32,000 bases of DNA from Pirellula staleyi DSM 6068 (GCA_000025185.1 CP001848.1:2820001-2852000); one strand, 5' to 3'. Shown: positions 8,841 through 16,941, numbered from the stretch's first letter. Numbers and translations: made by a program. Notes: generated by a model not told the origin, from the sequence alone.

Positions 8841-9056
8841 ATGAGTAGTCATGATGACTCACAGCACGGTGAGGAAATCGACGATGTGTCGCTCACCGAT
8901 ATGACAGCCGACGAGGTTCAGGAGTTGCTCAGCGAGTCGGGAATCGAAGTTTCGATTGCCGAAGTGGAGCACATGATGAGCCTGATTCTGAACACTGGCT
9001 CGATTGAAGAGGCCGTGCAGTTGCTCGCTCAATTGCCTCAACAGAAGGCAGCCTAG
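8841..9056 (+). CDS. Hypothetical small acidic protein (71 aa)
   Basis: ATG at 8841 is preceded by AAGGAGAGG (8828-8836). The product is MSSHDDSQHGEEIDDVSLTDMTADEVQELL.... The longer GTG-initiated version from 8661 adds a Cys/Arg-rich segment that looks non-coding. Confidence 0.6.
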   Translation: MSSHDDSQHGEEIDDVSLTDMTADEVQELLSESGIEVSIAEVEHMMSLILNTGSIEEAVQLLAQLPQQKAA

Positions 9057-9102
9057 CCGAATGATTTAAGCGGCCGAGGCTTCCAGGCAACAAGAAACGC
9101 AA

Positions 9103-9142
9103 AACGCGGCAAGTTACACTATGTGGTAGTAACTGCCGCGTT
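9103..9142 (-). terminator. Intrinsic terminator between convergent genes (best on the minus strand, possibly bidirectional)
   Basis: AACGCGGCAAGTTAC (9103-9117) pairs with GTAACTGCCGCGTT (9129-9142), giving 14 bp with one bulged A and an 11-nt loop. The minus-strand transcript continues with TTTTGCGTTTCTTG. The plus-strand side is followed by the less T-rich TTCTGGTTGATTG. Confidence 0.6.
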
Positions 9143-9225
9143 CTGGTTGATTGAGTGATCCACTACCAGCAGCTTACGCTGACCATGGAGTGGCGGACGA
9201 GTTTGCCCGCCAACGCTGGCGATAC

Positions 9226-9585
9226 TTAGCCGAGGAGCTTGGCGAGCGTATCGAGAGCAGCCTTCGCCTTGGCGATGCCACCCATTTGGTCGGCCAGCTT
9301 CTTGGCGGCGATCAGCGTATCGAGCGAGCTGTCACCAGCTGCAGGACCAGCGGCGGCCTTCTTGCCCGAACCTGGCTTGCGACCACGCTTGGCCTTAGGG
9401 GCTGCGCCTGCCTTTGCGCCCTTCTTGGCATTCGACAGAATCGTGCTGACAAAAGCGGGCGAAACCTTGTGACCTTCTTTGGTCAGGGCTTCAGCGATGG
9501 CGGTTGGACCGAGCTCAGGGTGATCTGCCTTGTACTTACGAATCACTTCCGACTTGCTTGGACCAGCTGCTGCTTTTTTCGCCAT
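9226..9585 (-). CDS. Lys/Ala-rich basic protein, putative histone-like / nucleoid-associated DNA-binding protein
   Basis: 119-aa ORF with ATG at 9585 and AAGGAA ~10 nt upstream. I count about 20 Lys, 3 Arg and 9 acidic residues. It contains KAKRGRKPGSGKK (AT-hook-like) and Ala/Lys helices at the C-terminus. A good terminator follows it. Confidence 0.75.
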   Translation of the reverse strand: MAKKAAAGPSKSEVIRKYKADHPELGPTAIAEALTKEGHKVSPAFVSTILSNAKKGAKAGAAPKAKRGRKPGSGKKAAAGPAAGDSSLDTLIAAKKLADQMGGIAKAKAALDTLAKLLG

Positions 9586-10159
9586 GATCTCATATTCCTT
9601 ACGGGTGCAATAAATACCGAGACTTCACAGAATCTCTTTGTGCAAGACCCTATCCCTGATTATGAGGATTGTCAACAGCCACAGCACGCCAAGAGCCCCC
9701 TTTAAAGGGCATTCAAAGCGATCTCAAAAGCATTTTGAAGGCGCTAATCTAAACCCTCGTGGTTGTGTTGTGCGGCAAAAAATAGTTTGGTTCAAACAAC
9801 CTTTTTGCGCTCGACCGCAACATCGAAGTGACCTTTTATCGACACCTTGTTGCAGCGAGGCTGCATGTAGTCATTGCACCACATTCTAAGCATCAAGCAT
9901 GAAATTGTTAGCTCACCTAGGGGGTGTGTTCGCCGCATGCTAGGTAGTGATAGCCTAGCACCTGTTGCTCGATCGGACTTCACGCCTGGTGTATTATGAA
10001 GCTAATCGCGGCTGATACCTGGGTACGTTCTACGGTTTGCCGACGACCTAATTCCGCGTTGTGCTGCGTGTCAGGAATCTGCCTTTCACGGTCCGCCGAG
10101 GAAGGCACCATGATTTTCAAGAAAAATATTGGAATTCTTTCCTGGGAGGTGTTCTGACG

Positions 10160-11656
10160 ATGACGAATACCCCTGCGGAAATCGCGACAGGTCCTTCTCT
10201 GCCGGTGCGTCCACGACGCACTCTCCTGGGGTTTGTGCTGCGATCGATCGTGCTCCTGTTGCTTCTGGCACCTGTAGCCTATGCCGTTTACGTTGGGGCT
10301 AAGACCGCTCTCTCGCGAGGTATTCCCGCTTCGCCAAGTGGCGGCAATGGCCGCGGCACTGAGGCAGCTTTAAGGGCCCCCGCGAACGTGGTAGCGTCAG
10401 GTACGATACAACCACTCGGTGTATCAGGGCGGGGCTCCACCCAACTCGCAGAGCAAATACTCGCCAGTGTTGTGATCTTAGAAGAAGATGGGCCGAGTGG
10501 GCTCACTCCTGTTGGCTCTGGATTTGTCGTCGGCGAGCATGGCAAAATTGTAACTTCGTTACATGTCGCGGTGGAAATGACGGCGGGAGTCGCCCGTTTT
10601 CAAGATGGACGTGTATTTGAGATTGAAGGCTATTTAGGAAGCAGCAAGGTCCATGATCTGGCCATCCTGCAATTAAAAGGGGCCACGACCGGTTTGGTAC
10701 CCCTGCAGCTGGCCAAGGACGAACCGGCTCCTTTGGCACCGATTTTGGCGGTCGGACATCCGCAGGGGCTGGCGTTTTCGCTTGCCGATGGAGCTGTCAG
10801 CCGGGTGATTGCTACCGAGGAGATGCCCGACGCTTCTCGCCAATGGGTAAAAACACTCACGGGAACCGATACCAAGTCGCGCTGGATTCAGCACACGGCC
10901 AAACTATCGGATGGCAACAGCGGCGGGCCTCTCGTAAATACGCAGGGCGAAGTGCTGGGGGTGAATACATGGGTCGATCGCCAAACCGGATTTGGATATG
11001 CAATTGCCTCTCGCGCAATTCATGAGCTGCTGGAAGAGGTGCGCGATAATCCACTGCCACTGGTGGAACTGGCCACGAGCGAAGCGCGGCTGCGATCGCA
11101 GCTTTGGAATGCTTCCGCGAGCCGACTCGAGCGTCTGGCGCGTGACGCCAAAACCATGCGCTACCTGCCCGAGTCGGATACGGATCGGCAGTTGCTCGGT
11201 GAACTGGCGTGGTGCATCACACTCGCCAACAACCCCGAGCAGTTTGCTAAAACCGAATCGAAGGGAGAGCAGTTTGTCGATTTAGCGCGAGCGGCTGATC
11301 GGGCTGTCGCCGATCTCAAGCGTTACAAGTGGGGAGATGGTGTGCAGCTCATTCTGGTGAATGAATGGGCTGTCTCGCAGGTCTTTCGGCCGCACGCAGG
11401 AGTCTTTGCTTTTGTCGTGGTGAGACGCATGGTCGAGGGGGCCCGTGGTGAAGCGGCCCTGATCGTCGAAATCGCCGGGTATCAGCAAGAGCTCTTATTG
11501 CCCCTGGAGTCGAAACTCGACGTCCCAAAACCCGGGACCAATTTGCTGATCATCGGGGTGAATCGCGACGGACAATCGGTACGTTATGGCGATAATCCAC
11601 TTCAGCCTCGAGTGGCACCGGTGATTTATGCGCCGATCTTATTGCCACTCGAATAA
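10160..11656 (+). CDS. Membrane-anchored trypsin-like (S1C/Trypsin_2) serine protease with an uncharacterised C-terminal domain
   Basis: ATG at 10160 with GGGAGG at 10144-10149. An N-terminal TM anchor follows (LLGFVLRSIVLLLLLAPVAYAVYV). The catalytic triad contexts are GSGFVV...TSLHVA (His), HDLAILQL (Asp) and SDGNSGGPLVN (Ser). The last ~200 aa have no motif I recognise. Confidence 0.85.
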   Translation: MTNTPAEIATGPSLPVRPRRTLLGFVLRSIVLLLLLAPVAYAVYVGAKTALSRGIPASPSGGNGRGTEAALRAPANVVASGTIQPLGVSGRGSTQLAEQILASVVILEEDGPSGLTPVGSGFVVGEHGKIVTSLHVAVEMTAGVARFQDGRVFEIEGYLGSSKVHDLAILQLKGATTGLVPLQLAKDEPAPLAPILAVGHPQGLAFSLADGAVSRVIATEEMPDASRQWVKTLTGTDTKSRWIQHTAKLSDGNSGGPLVNTQGEVLGVNTWVDRQTGFGYAIASRAIHELLEEVRDNPLPLVELATSEARLRSQLWNASASRLERLARDAKTMRYLPESDTDRQLLGELAWCITLANNPEQFAKTESKGEQFVDLARAADRAVADLKRYKWGDGVQLILVNEWAVSQVFRPHAGVFAFVVVRRMVEGARGEAALIVEIAGYQQELLLPLESKLDVPKPGTNLLIIGVNRDGQSVRYGDNPLQPRVAPVIYAPILLPLE

Positions 11657-11704
11657 CGGCGAAGTTGATCGCAGCGGCGTGCGACTCGCTTCTACTAAAG
11701 ATCG

Positions 11705-12142
11705 CTATCCCAGCAAGTAACTCTTGAGGTAGTGATTTTCACGCGAGAGTTCGTCGTGCTGAGCTTTCACAATATCGCCGATCGATATGATCCCAACGAT
11801 CTGATCGCCATCAATCACCGGAAGATGCCGAATGCGATGCTCGGTCATCAGTCCCATCGCATGATGGAGTTCGTCGGAAGCGTGGCAGATATACGGATCG
11901 CGCGTCATCCGATCGGCAACAAACGTATTCTCTAAGGTGCCTCGTTTTTCGGCGGCAAAACGCAGCAGATCACGTTCGGTAATGATCCCTAGCATCGGCT
12001 GTCGATCGGCTTTGCTTTCCCGCACCACCAACGAGCCGATGTTGTAGCGAACGAGCAGTTCTACGACCCGCGCGAGGGTGTCGCCCGGCTGGCATGTGAG
12101 AACAGCAGACCCCTTCGTTTGCAAGATATCGCGTACCTGCAT
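11705..12142 (-). CDS. CBS domain pair protein
   Basis: ATG at 12142 is preceded by GGAGG with a 7-nt spacer. There are two CBS motifs (VRDILQTKG...IGSLVV and ...IRHLPVIDGDQIVGIISIGDIVKA). Confidence 0.85.
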   Translation of the reverse strand: MQVRDILQTKGSAVLTCQPGDTLARVVELLVRYNIGSLVVRESKADRQPMLGIITERDLLRFAAEKRGTLENTFVADRMTRDPYICHASDELHHAMGLMTEHRIRHLPVIDGDQIVGIISIGDIVKAQHDELSRENHYLKSYLLG

Positions 12143-12367
12143 GGTTGGACCTCCAGCAGCAAATGGAACCATCGCTGCAAACTAGAATTGGGAGAGACGA
12201 GTCCAAAGAGAAGCTTGCGGCTCAAAGCCCGTGATTAGCGAAGAAGTTGCAGGGACTGTTTTCGCTGTTCGTTGATGGCCATGAGCAACTCGCGCGAGCA
12301 TAGAGGTTGTCGCGATGGGGACGCAAATCGATTTTGAGGAATCTTGTCAGATTGTGCGACAAATGCT

Positions 12368-12383
12368 TGTGAAAAATGTCACA
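12368..12383. promoter_or_regulatory. Perfect CRP/FNR-type palindrome TGTGA-N6-TCACA (TGTGAAAAATGTCACA)
   Basis: Both half-sites match the CRP consensus exactly. The box lies 21 nt 3' of the aminotransferase stop and 226 nt upstream of the CBS gene start. Confidence 0.35.
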
Positions 12384-12404
12384 GGCCGGGGATGTTGTCG
12401 TCTT

Positions 12405-13574
12405 CTAAAACCCCTCATCGAGGAGTTTTTTTAGTACCGCTGCTAAGTGGTCGATTTGCGAGGCATTGTTGTAGAGGTGATGCGAAACGCGGATGAAGCG
12501 GCGTCCTTCGAATTCGACGATCGGTACTTCGATTTGCCCTACTTCGAACAGTTTGGCTTGCAGCACACGGCGATCGCCAAAGCGGATTGGCAGGTGCACC
12601 ATCGAAAGATTCCAAGGCTCGCCTGCCGGAGTGATCGGGGTTCCCTCTACCAGCGGCGCAAGTTTTTCGCGAGTGTAGTGGGATAGCCGCCGCGCGTGCT
12701 CGCGAAAGGTTTCGACACCGATCTGTTTCCAAAATTCGATGGCAGCAGCGATGCCGAGCCAGCTTCCATAGTCGCGCGTTCCACCCCACAGGAATTCATC
12801 GCGCCAGGTGAGGCGATCTTCGGGGAGCAAACGTCCCCAGCTAAGCTGCGGAACACGAATGGTGGCATGCCACTGCGGCGCGACCCACAAACAGCCGCTT
12901 CCAAGCGGGGCGCACATCCATTTGTGACAGCTGGCTGTATAGTAATCGACTCCTAGTTTTTCGGGATGCACGTCGACTTGCACCAAGGCATGCGGGCCGT
13001 CGACGGCTACGGCAATCCCGCGACGTTTGGCTTCGGCGGCGATCTCGGCAATAGGAAGCGTGATCGCGGTCGCCGAAGTGATGTGGCTCACCACGAGCAG
13101 TTTGGTTTGACGGGTGGCCACGGCGAAAATCGCATCAATCACTTGCTCGATCGATTCGATTCGCGCGGGCAAGCGTGCAGGAACCAGGAGTGCCTTCTTC
13201 TCCTGGCAACGTCGCTTCCAGATCCGCTCGACAGCGCCGTATTCGTGCGTCGGCAGAATCACCTGCTGGTTTTCTTCGAGTGGAAAGGAGTCGGCGATTA
13301 CATTCATGCCAGCGGTGGCATTGTCGACGAGCACCAAATTGCTGGGATTTGTTTCCAACATCTGACCGAGCGCCTCGCATGTCTGAGCATAGGCAGGCTC
13401 CAGTTGACGCGTGAAGAAATCCATTGGCTCTTCATCAAGTGCACGTTGCCAGGCATGTTTGGCGGTCAAGACAGACGCAGGCGACGGGCCAAACGATCCA
13501 TGATTCAGGTACGTCACACCGGGGCGAAGATTCCAGTGAGTGGCGGCGGTATGAGTCAGCGCTGCAGTGGACAC
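12405..13574 (-). CDS. Aminotransferase class V-fold PLP-dependent enzyme (cysteine desulfurase / isopenicillin-N epimerase-like)
   Basis: 389-aa ORF with a GTG start. It contains YLNHGSFGP, an NATAGMN-type segment, VSHITSATA and the PLP-lysine context SCHKWMCAPLGSG. Confidence 0.85.
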   Translation of the reverse strand: MSTAALTHTAATHWNLRPGVTYLNHGSFGPSPASVLTAKHAWQRALDEEPMDFFTRQLEPAYAQTCEALGQMLETNPSNLVLVDNATAGMNVIADSFPLEENQQVILPTHEYGAVERIWKRRCQEKKALLVPARLPARIESIEQVIDAIFAVATRQTKLLVVSHITSATAITLPIAEIAAEAKRRGIAVAVDGPHALVQVDVHPEKLGVDYYTASCHKWMCAPLGSGCLWVAPQWHATIRVPQLSWGRLLPEDRLTWRDEFLWGGTRDYGSWLGIAAAIEFWKQIGVETFREHARRLSHYTREKLAPLVEGTPITPAGEPWNLSMVHLPIRFGDRRVLQAKLFEVGQIEVPIVEFEGRRFIRVSHHLYNNASQIDHLAAVLKKLLDEGF

Positions 13575-13643
13575 ACCTAAAACTTTCCGAAGAGTCGATC
13601 CGACACAAAGTGGTCAAAAAATGTGCGAGTGAAGAGTTGTCAA

Positions 13644-15083
13644 TCAAGGAGCACTGCGGGGAGCGATCCAAAAGGGGCGATACACGAGCCCTCGAACGCT
13701 CGATGTTTTGGCGCTACCCAGTGGCCACGATCGGCTGTCGACCGAAACGGCACTATTGTCTCCCAGTACAGCGATTTCGTCGGCGCCGAGACGAACTTCC
13801 GAATCGTTGTCGGCAAATGTCGCCGGAGGGACGATCACATTGTCGCGGCGAATGCGAACCTCGGTGAGGGTAAGCGAAACGTTTGAGGCGCCGATCGCCA
13901 CGGGGTCCATTATTTTCCCACGCACTGCGATGGGATCACGATAGGGATGCTCGATGATTGGCCGGCCGTTCCAGGCAACCAGAACGCGGCGGTCGATAAG
14001 CCCGGCCAGCAGCATCCCTCCCCGCTCCAGATTCGTGGCGAGTTTTTTTTCGTAGACCAATTTAGTTCCATCAAAGAGCTGTAGCAGCTGAGTGTCGGGG
14101 GAGATCGCTACTTGGAACGTTTTCGATTCATCTCGCAGTTTGACTGCAAACGTTCCAGCGCCAGAGCTAGTCAGGTGAGCTTCGAAAAACAGATCGCGCA
14201 AACGCGTCATCAGCCGCGAACTGTCGGGGTTGTAGCTGTCGTTATCGAGCACTTCAGAAAGAGTGGTGCGAGGAGCAGGGGATTCCCACGTGGTCCATTG
14301 CTGATAGGCGAGCCACTGTACGGGCAAACGGTCGGCCGGTTTGGGACTACCGTTTTCGCGAGCCGATGTTTGGTTCTGGTCGTCGAAAACAAGCTTGCCG
14401 GGAGTGATTTTCCAGTGGTTCTCGGTAGGACGCAGCCAGCGATCGACGTTGGAGATATGCCGCGAAGGATGGTTGTGATCGTAGACAGTGGAAAGTCTCG
14501 AAGTGAGGTCGTGTCGCAGTAGGGTCGATACGCGACTTCCTTGCACGACGAGATCGCCATCGACGGCCGACCACGTTTCGCCAGGAAGCGCAGCGAGTCG
14601 CTTCACGGCGAGTTCTGGCATACCGGGCTGTGATAGGCCGATGACATCGCCTCTTCGAAGCGAGCCGATGAGAAGTGGCCAGCGATCCATCACCACCACG
14701 TCCCCCGCGAGGCGTTCGGCTTCTTCGAGTTTAACCTCGCGATAACCGCAATTCGGGCAGACGATGCGCGGTGCTCGTGCGGCACCATCGGCATCGACGC
14801 GAAACTCGAATAGACAATCGTCGCATGTCAGATGGTAGTGAGCGCCGAGAAGCGTGGGAGCCATGGATGGCCCTTCGATCCGAATCGTGCGAAAGACACC
14901 ATCGATAAACCACAGCCGCACAAGCATGAGGAGAAGCACGAGCGTCGCAACCGTGGCGACAGAAATCCGCGCAATGCGAGTGAATTGAGCTTCGCTGACG
15001 CGTGGCAATCGCTTGGATCGTTTCGGCACGCTGAGGGGGGGCGAAACTTCAGCGGTGATCGTCAGTTCTTCGGGCGTTGCCAA
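13644..15083 (-). CDS. lepB: Signal peptidase I (S26) with an inserted Cys4 zinc-ribbon and an enlarged non-catalytic domain
   Basis: 479-aa ORF with a TTG start. After the TM anchor come box B GPSMAPTL (Ser nucleophile), box C GDVVVMD, box D AVKRLAALPGE (Lys) and box E VLGDNSAVSVDSRSW. CDDC...CPNC (nt ~14748-14825) lies between boxes B and C. Confidence 0.8.
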   Translation of the reverse strand: MATPEELTITAEVSPPLSVPKRSKRLPRVSEAQFTRIARISVATVATLVLLLMLVRLWFIDGVFRTIRIEGPSMAPTLLGAHYHLTCDDCLFEFRVDADGAARAPRIVCPNCGYREVKLEEAERLAGDVVVMDRWPLLIGSLRRGDVIGLSQPGMPELAVKRLAALPGETWSAVDGDLVVQGSRVSTLLRHDLTSRLSTVYDHNHPSRHISNVDRWLRPTENHWKITPGKLVFDDQNQTSARENGSPKPADRLPVQWLAYQQWTTWESPAPRTTLSEVLDNDSYNPDSSRLMTRLRDLFFEAHLTSSGAGTFAVKLRDESKTFQVAISPDTQLLQLFDGTKLVYEKKLATNLERGGMLLAGLIDRRVLVAWNGRPIIEHPYRDPIAVRGKIMDPVAIGASNVSLTLTEVRIRRDNVIVPPATFADNDSEVRLGADEIAVLGDNSAVSVDSRSWPLGSAKTSSVRGLVYRPFWIAPRSAP

Positions 15084-15162
15084 GTGGGATGCTCGTTCGT
15101 GGTGGCGTCGGTGAGGTGGCGTGGAACTTGATTTAATGGATCGTTGAAGTCACTTTAGTCTA

Positions 15163-15546
15163 CTATCGACTGCGGAAGACAAAAAAGACTGCCGCGCACA
15201 TGCAGAGACCGGCCCATAAAAAGTCGAGGTTGAGTCGCTGATTCATGTAGTAGATCGAGAAGGGAACAAAGACGGCAAGCGTGATGACTTCCTGCATGAT
15301 TTTCAGCTGAGCGACAGAGAGATGAGCATCGTTGGCACCGATGCGATTGGCCGGGACCTGCAGCACGTACTCAAAAAAAGCGATTCCCCAACTCGTCAGG
15401 ATGGCGATCAGCAGCGGTGCTTGCGACGCATGAACGGCCCCCTCTTCGGCCGTCTTTCGACCGAGATGACCGTACCAGGCATAGGTCATAAATGCGTTGG
15501 AGGCGATCAGAAGCAGAATTGTTTGAACAACCGGGGGAAGACCCAT
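15163..15546 (-). CDS. DMT-superfamily small membrane protein (DUF486 family)
   Basis: 127 aa with four hydrophobic helices. The N-terminus, TILLLIASNAFMTYAWYGHL, is typical of DUF486. Confidence 0.8.
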   Translation of the reverse strand: MGLPPVVQTILLLIASNAFMTYAWYGHLGRKTAEEGAVHASQAPLLIAILTSWGIAFFEYVLQVPANRIGANDAHLSVAQLKIMQEVITLAVFVPFSIYYMNQRLNLDFLWAGLCMCAAVFFVFRSR

Positions 15547-15810
15547 ATCTGAAGAATCCTAGGAGAAAACGCTCGCGCTGGGGGGCAAACAAGCTTTGAC
15601 TAACTGCTCGAGCCATGCTGCTGAGTCTCTCGCGCGGCCCTAAGTTCGCAAGAGGGGAAGGGGATCCGTAGCCAGAATTCCCGAAAACGGAAAGAACAGC
15701 CCCGCTGTGAAACGGACGAACTAAACTAAAGAGGCAGATCTACTTGGTGAGGGCGAAAAACGTTTTGGGGCTTCTGGAGTCGGCTTGTGCCTGAGGTTCG
15801 AACATTCGCA

Positions 15811-16389
15811 ATGCTGCTGCTAATCGCGATGCTTGATTGCACGCTGTGGCCGTCGTCTGTGTGCGGCGAAGATCGCGCGGCTGTCGAGCATTTTCGTCGA
15901 TCCGTGGCGCCGGTGCTCGTCGAGCTTTGTACGCAGTGCCATAACCCGCGCGATCAGTTTGCGGGGCTCGATTTAACGACGCGCGAGAGAACCCTTGCTG
16001 GCGGTGATGCGGGGGCTGTGCTCGAACTGGGGCGCCCGGAGCGCAGCTTGCTGTTATCGCGTATTGCCGATGGGAGCATGCCGCCGGAAGAGGATGGGCG
16101 CCGACTCTCGGAGCTTGAAGTCGAGGCGTTTCGAGTTTGGATTCGGGACGGACTCGCTTTTGATGAGCGTGCGATAAGTGGCACAGCTTCGCCGAATGCT
16201 ACTCAGCCCGCTGTACCTGGGTACGCAGCATGCTCGTGGCAATGGCAGAGAAGACCGGTTCCATCGCTTCGAACTCGCGGCTTTCGCCTTGGTAGTGCCA
16301 CACGAGGGTCATCGACGGGGTGCGCATCGCCCGGATCTTGGCTTCGACGAGCAGATCGAGGTAGAAAAAGCAGATGTCGACCCCGGTGA
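15811..16389 (+). CDS. Stand-alone planctomycete cytochrome c (PSCyt1) domain protein, possibly a gene remnant
   Basis: There is a signal-like N-terminus (MLLLIAMLDCTLWPSSVCG; the alternative GTG start is at 15787). The heme motif CTQCH is at 15928-15942. The PSCyt1 pattern follows: LDLTTRERTLAGGDAGAVLELGRPERSLLLSRI...MPPE. After the domain, the last ~63 codons are Arg-rich and antisense to the convergent gene 16199..16642. Confidence 0.5.
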   Translation: MLLLIAMLDCTLWPSSVCGEDRAAVEHFRRSVAPVLVELCTQCHNPRDQFAGLDLTTRERTLAGGDAGAVLELGRPERSLLLSRIADGSMPPEEDGRRLSELEVEAFRVWIRDGLAFDERAISGTASPNATQPAVPGYAACSWQWQRRPVPSLRTRGFRLGSATRGSSTGCASPGSWLRRADRGRKSRCRPR

Positions 16390-16642
16390 GCCTGGCGTCG
16401 ACGAATTCTTCCTTCGATTCGAGCACTTCGAGATCGGGAAACTCCTCACGCAGGCTATCGACGTGGAAGTCGATCAGTTCCAGGATCTTATAATTGGCCG
16501 GGTAGGCGGTGAGTGTCCAAAAGCTGGTGTTGGGGCTCTGCAGCGTGACGGTCCGGGGCCAGTCGTCGGTCATTTCTTCGGTGATGGTCCACCCTTCGGG
16601 GTACATCAGCTCGACACCAAATTGCTTATAGACCAACGGCAT
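16199..16642 (-). CDS. Hypothetical protein (147 aa)
   Basis: I chose the ATG at 16642 (MPLVYKQFGVELMYPEGWTITEE...). The upstream 62 codons of the track ORF are Ser/Pro/Arg-rich and unlikely to be coding. The composition is globular throughout, including the part overlapped by the plus-strand ORF. Confidence 0.6.
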   Translation of the reverse strand: MPLVYKQFGVELMYPEGWTITEEMTDDWPRTVTLQSPNTSFWTLTAYPANYKILELIDFHVDSLREEFPDLEVLESKEEFVDARLTGVDICFFYLDLLVEAKIRAMRTPSMTLVWHYQGESREFEAMEPVFSAIATSMLRTQVQRAE

Positions 16643-16941
16643 GAGAGCAAACCTTCTCGGCAGGGAATGAGCTAGCAGGCTCGCGGGAGAGGGAGTGCTA
16701 GCTAAGAAACTCGATCGACTCTTGCACCGTACCGCGCCAGGTCGAGGTTCGGAAGCGGGGTGAGATGGGCGAACGCGGGTGTGTTCGAAGCTGCTAGCAG
16801 TTGCGCGTGAGAAAGTTGCCGTTGGCACCCAGCGTTAGAAAAGGTATAGCCCGCCTGAATTCTTGCGCAACAGCCAATTTCGGCAGCTGCTGAAGGTTGT
16901 CGCGAGAACCTGTTGCGACTCGGCAGCGTAAACGACGATAA

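Noticed and set aside
9638-9983. ORFs of 83 aa (+) and 63 aa (-) inside the long intergenic region
   Set aside because: They are Cys/His/Arg-rich with no ribosome-binding site, and lie in AT-richer sequence unlike the local coding regions.
12966-13580. 204-aa plus-strand ORF
   Set aside because: It is antisense to the class V aminotransferase gene, which has clear PLP-enzyme motifs here.
15794-15806. GGTTCGAAC, resembling a tRNA T-loop
   Set aside because: No acceptor, D or anticodon stems can be built around it. It lies within the start region of the PSCyt1 ORF. I found no convincing tRNA anywhere in the window.
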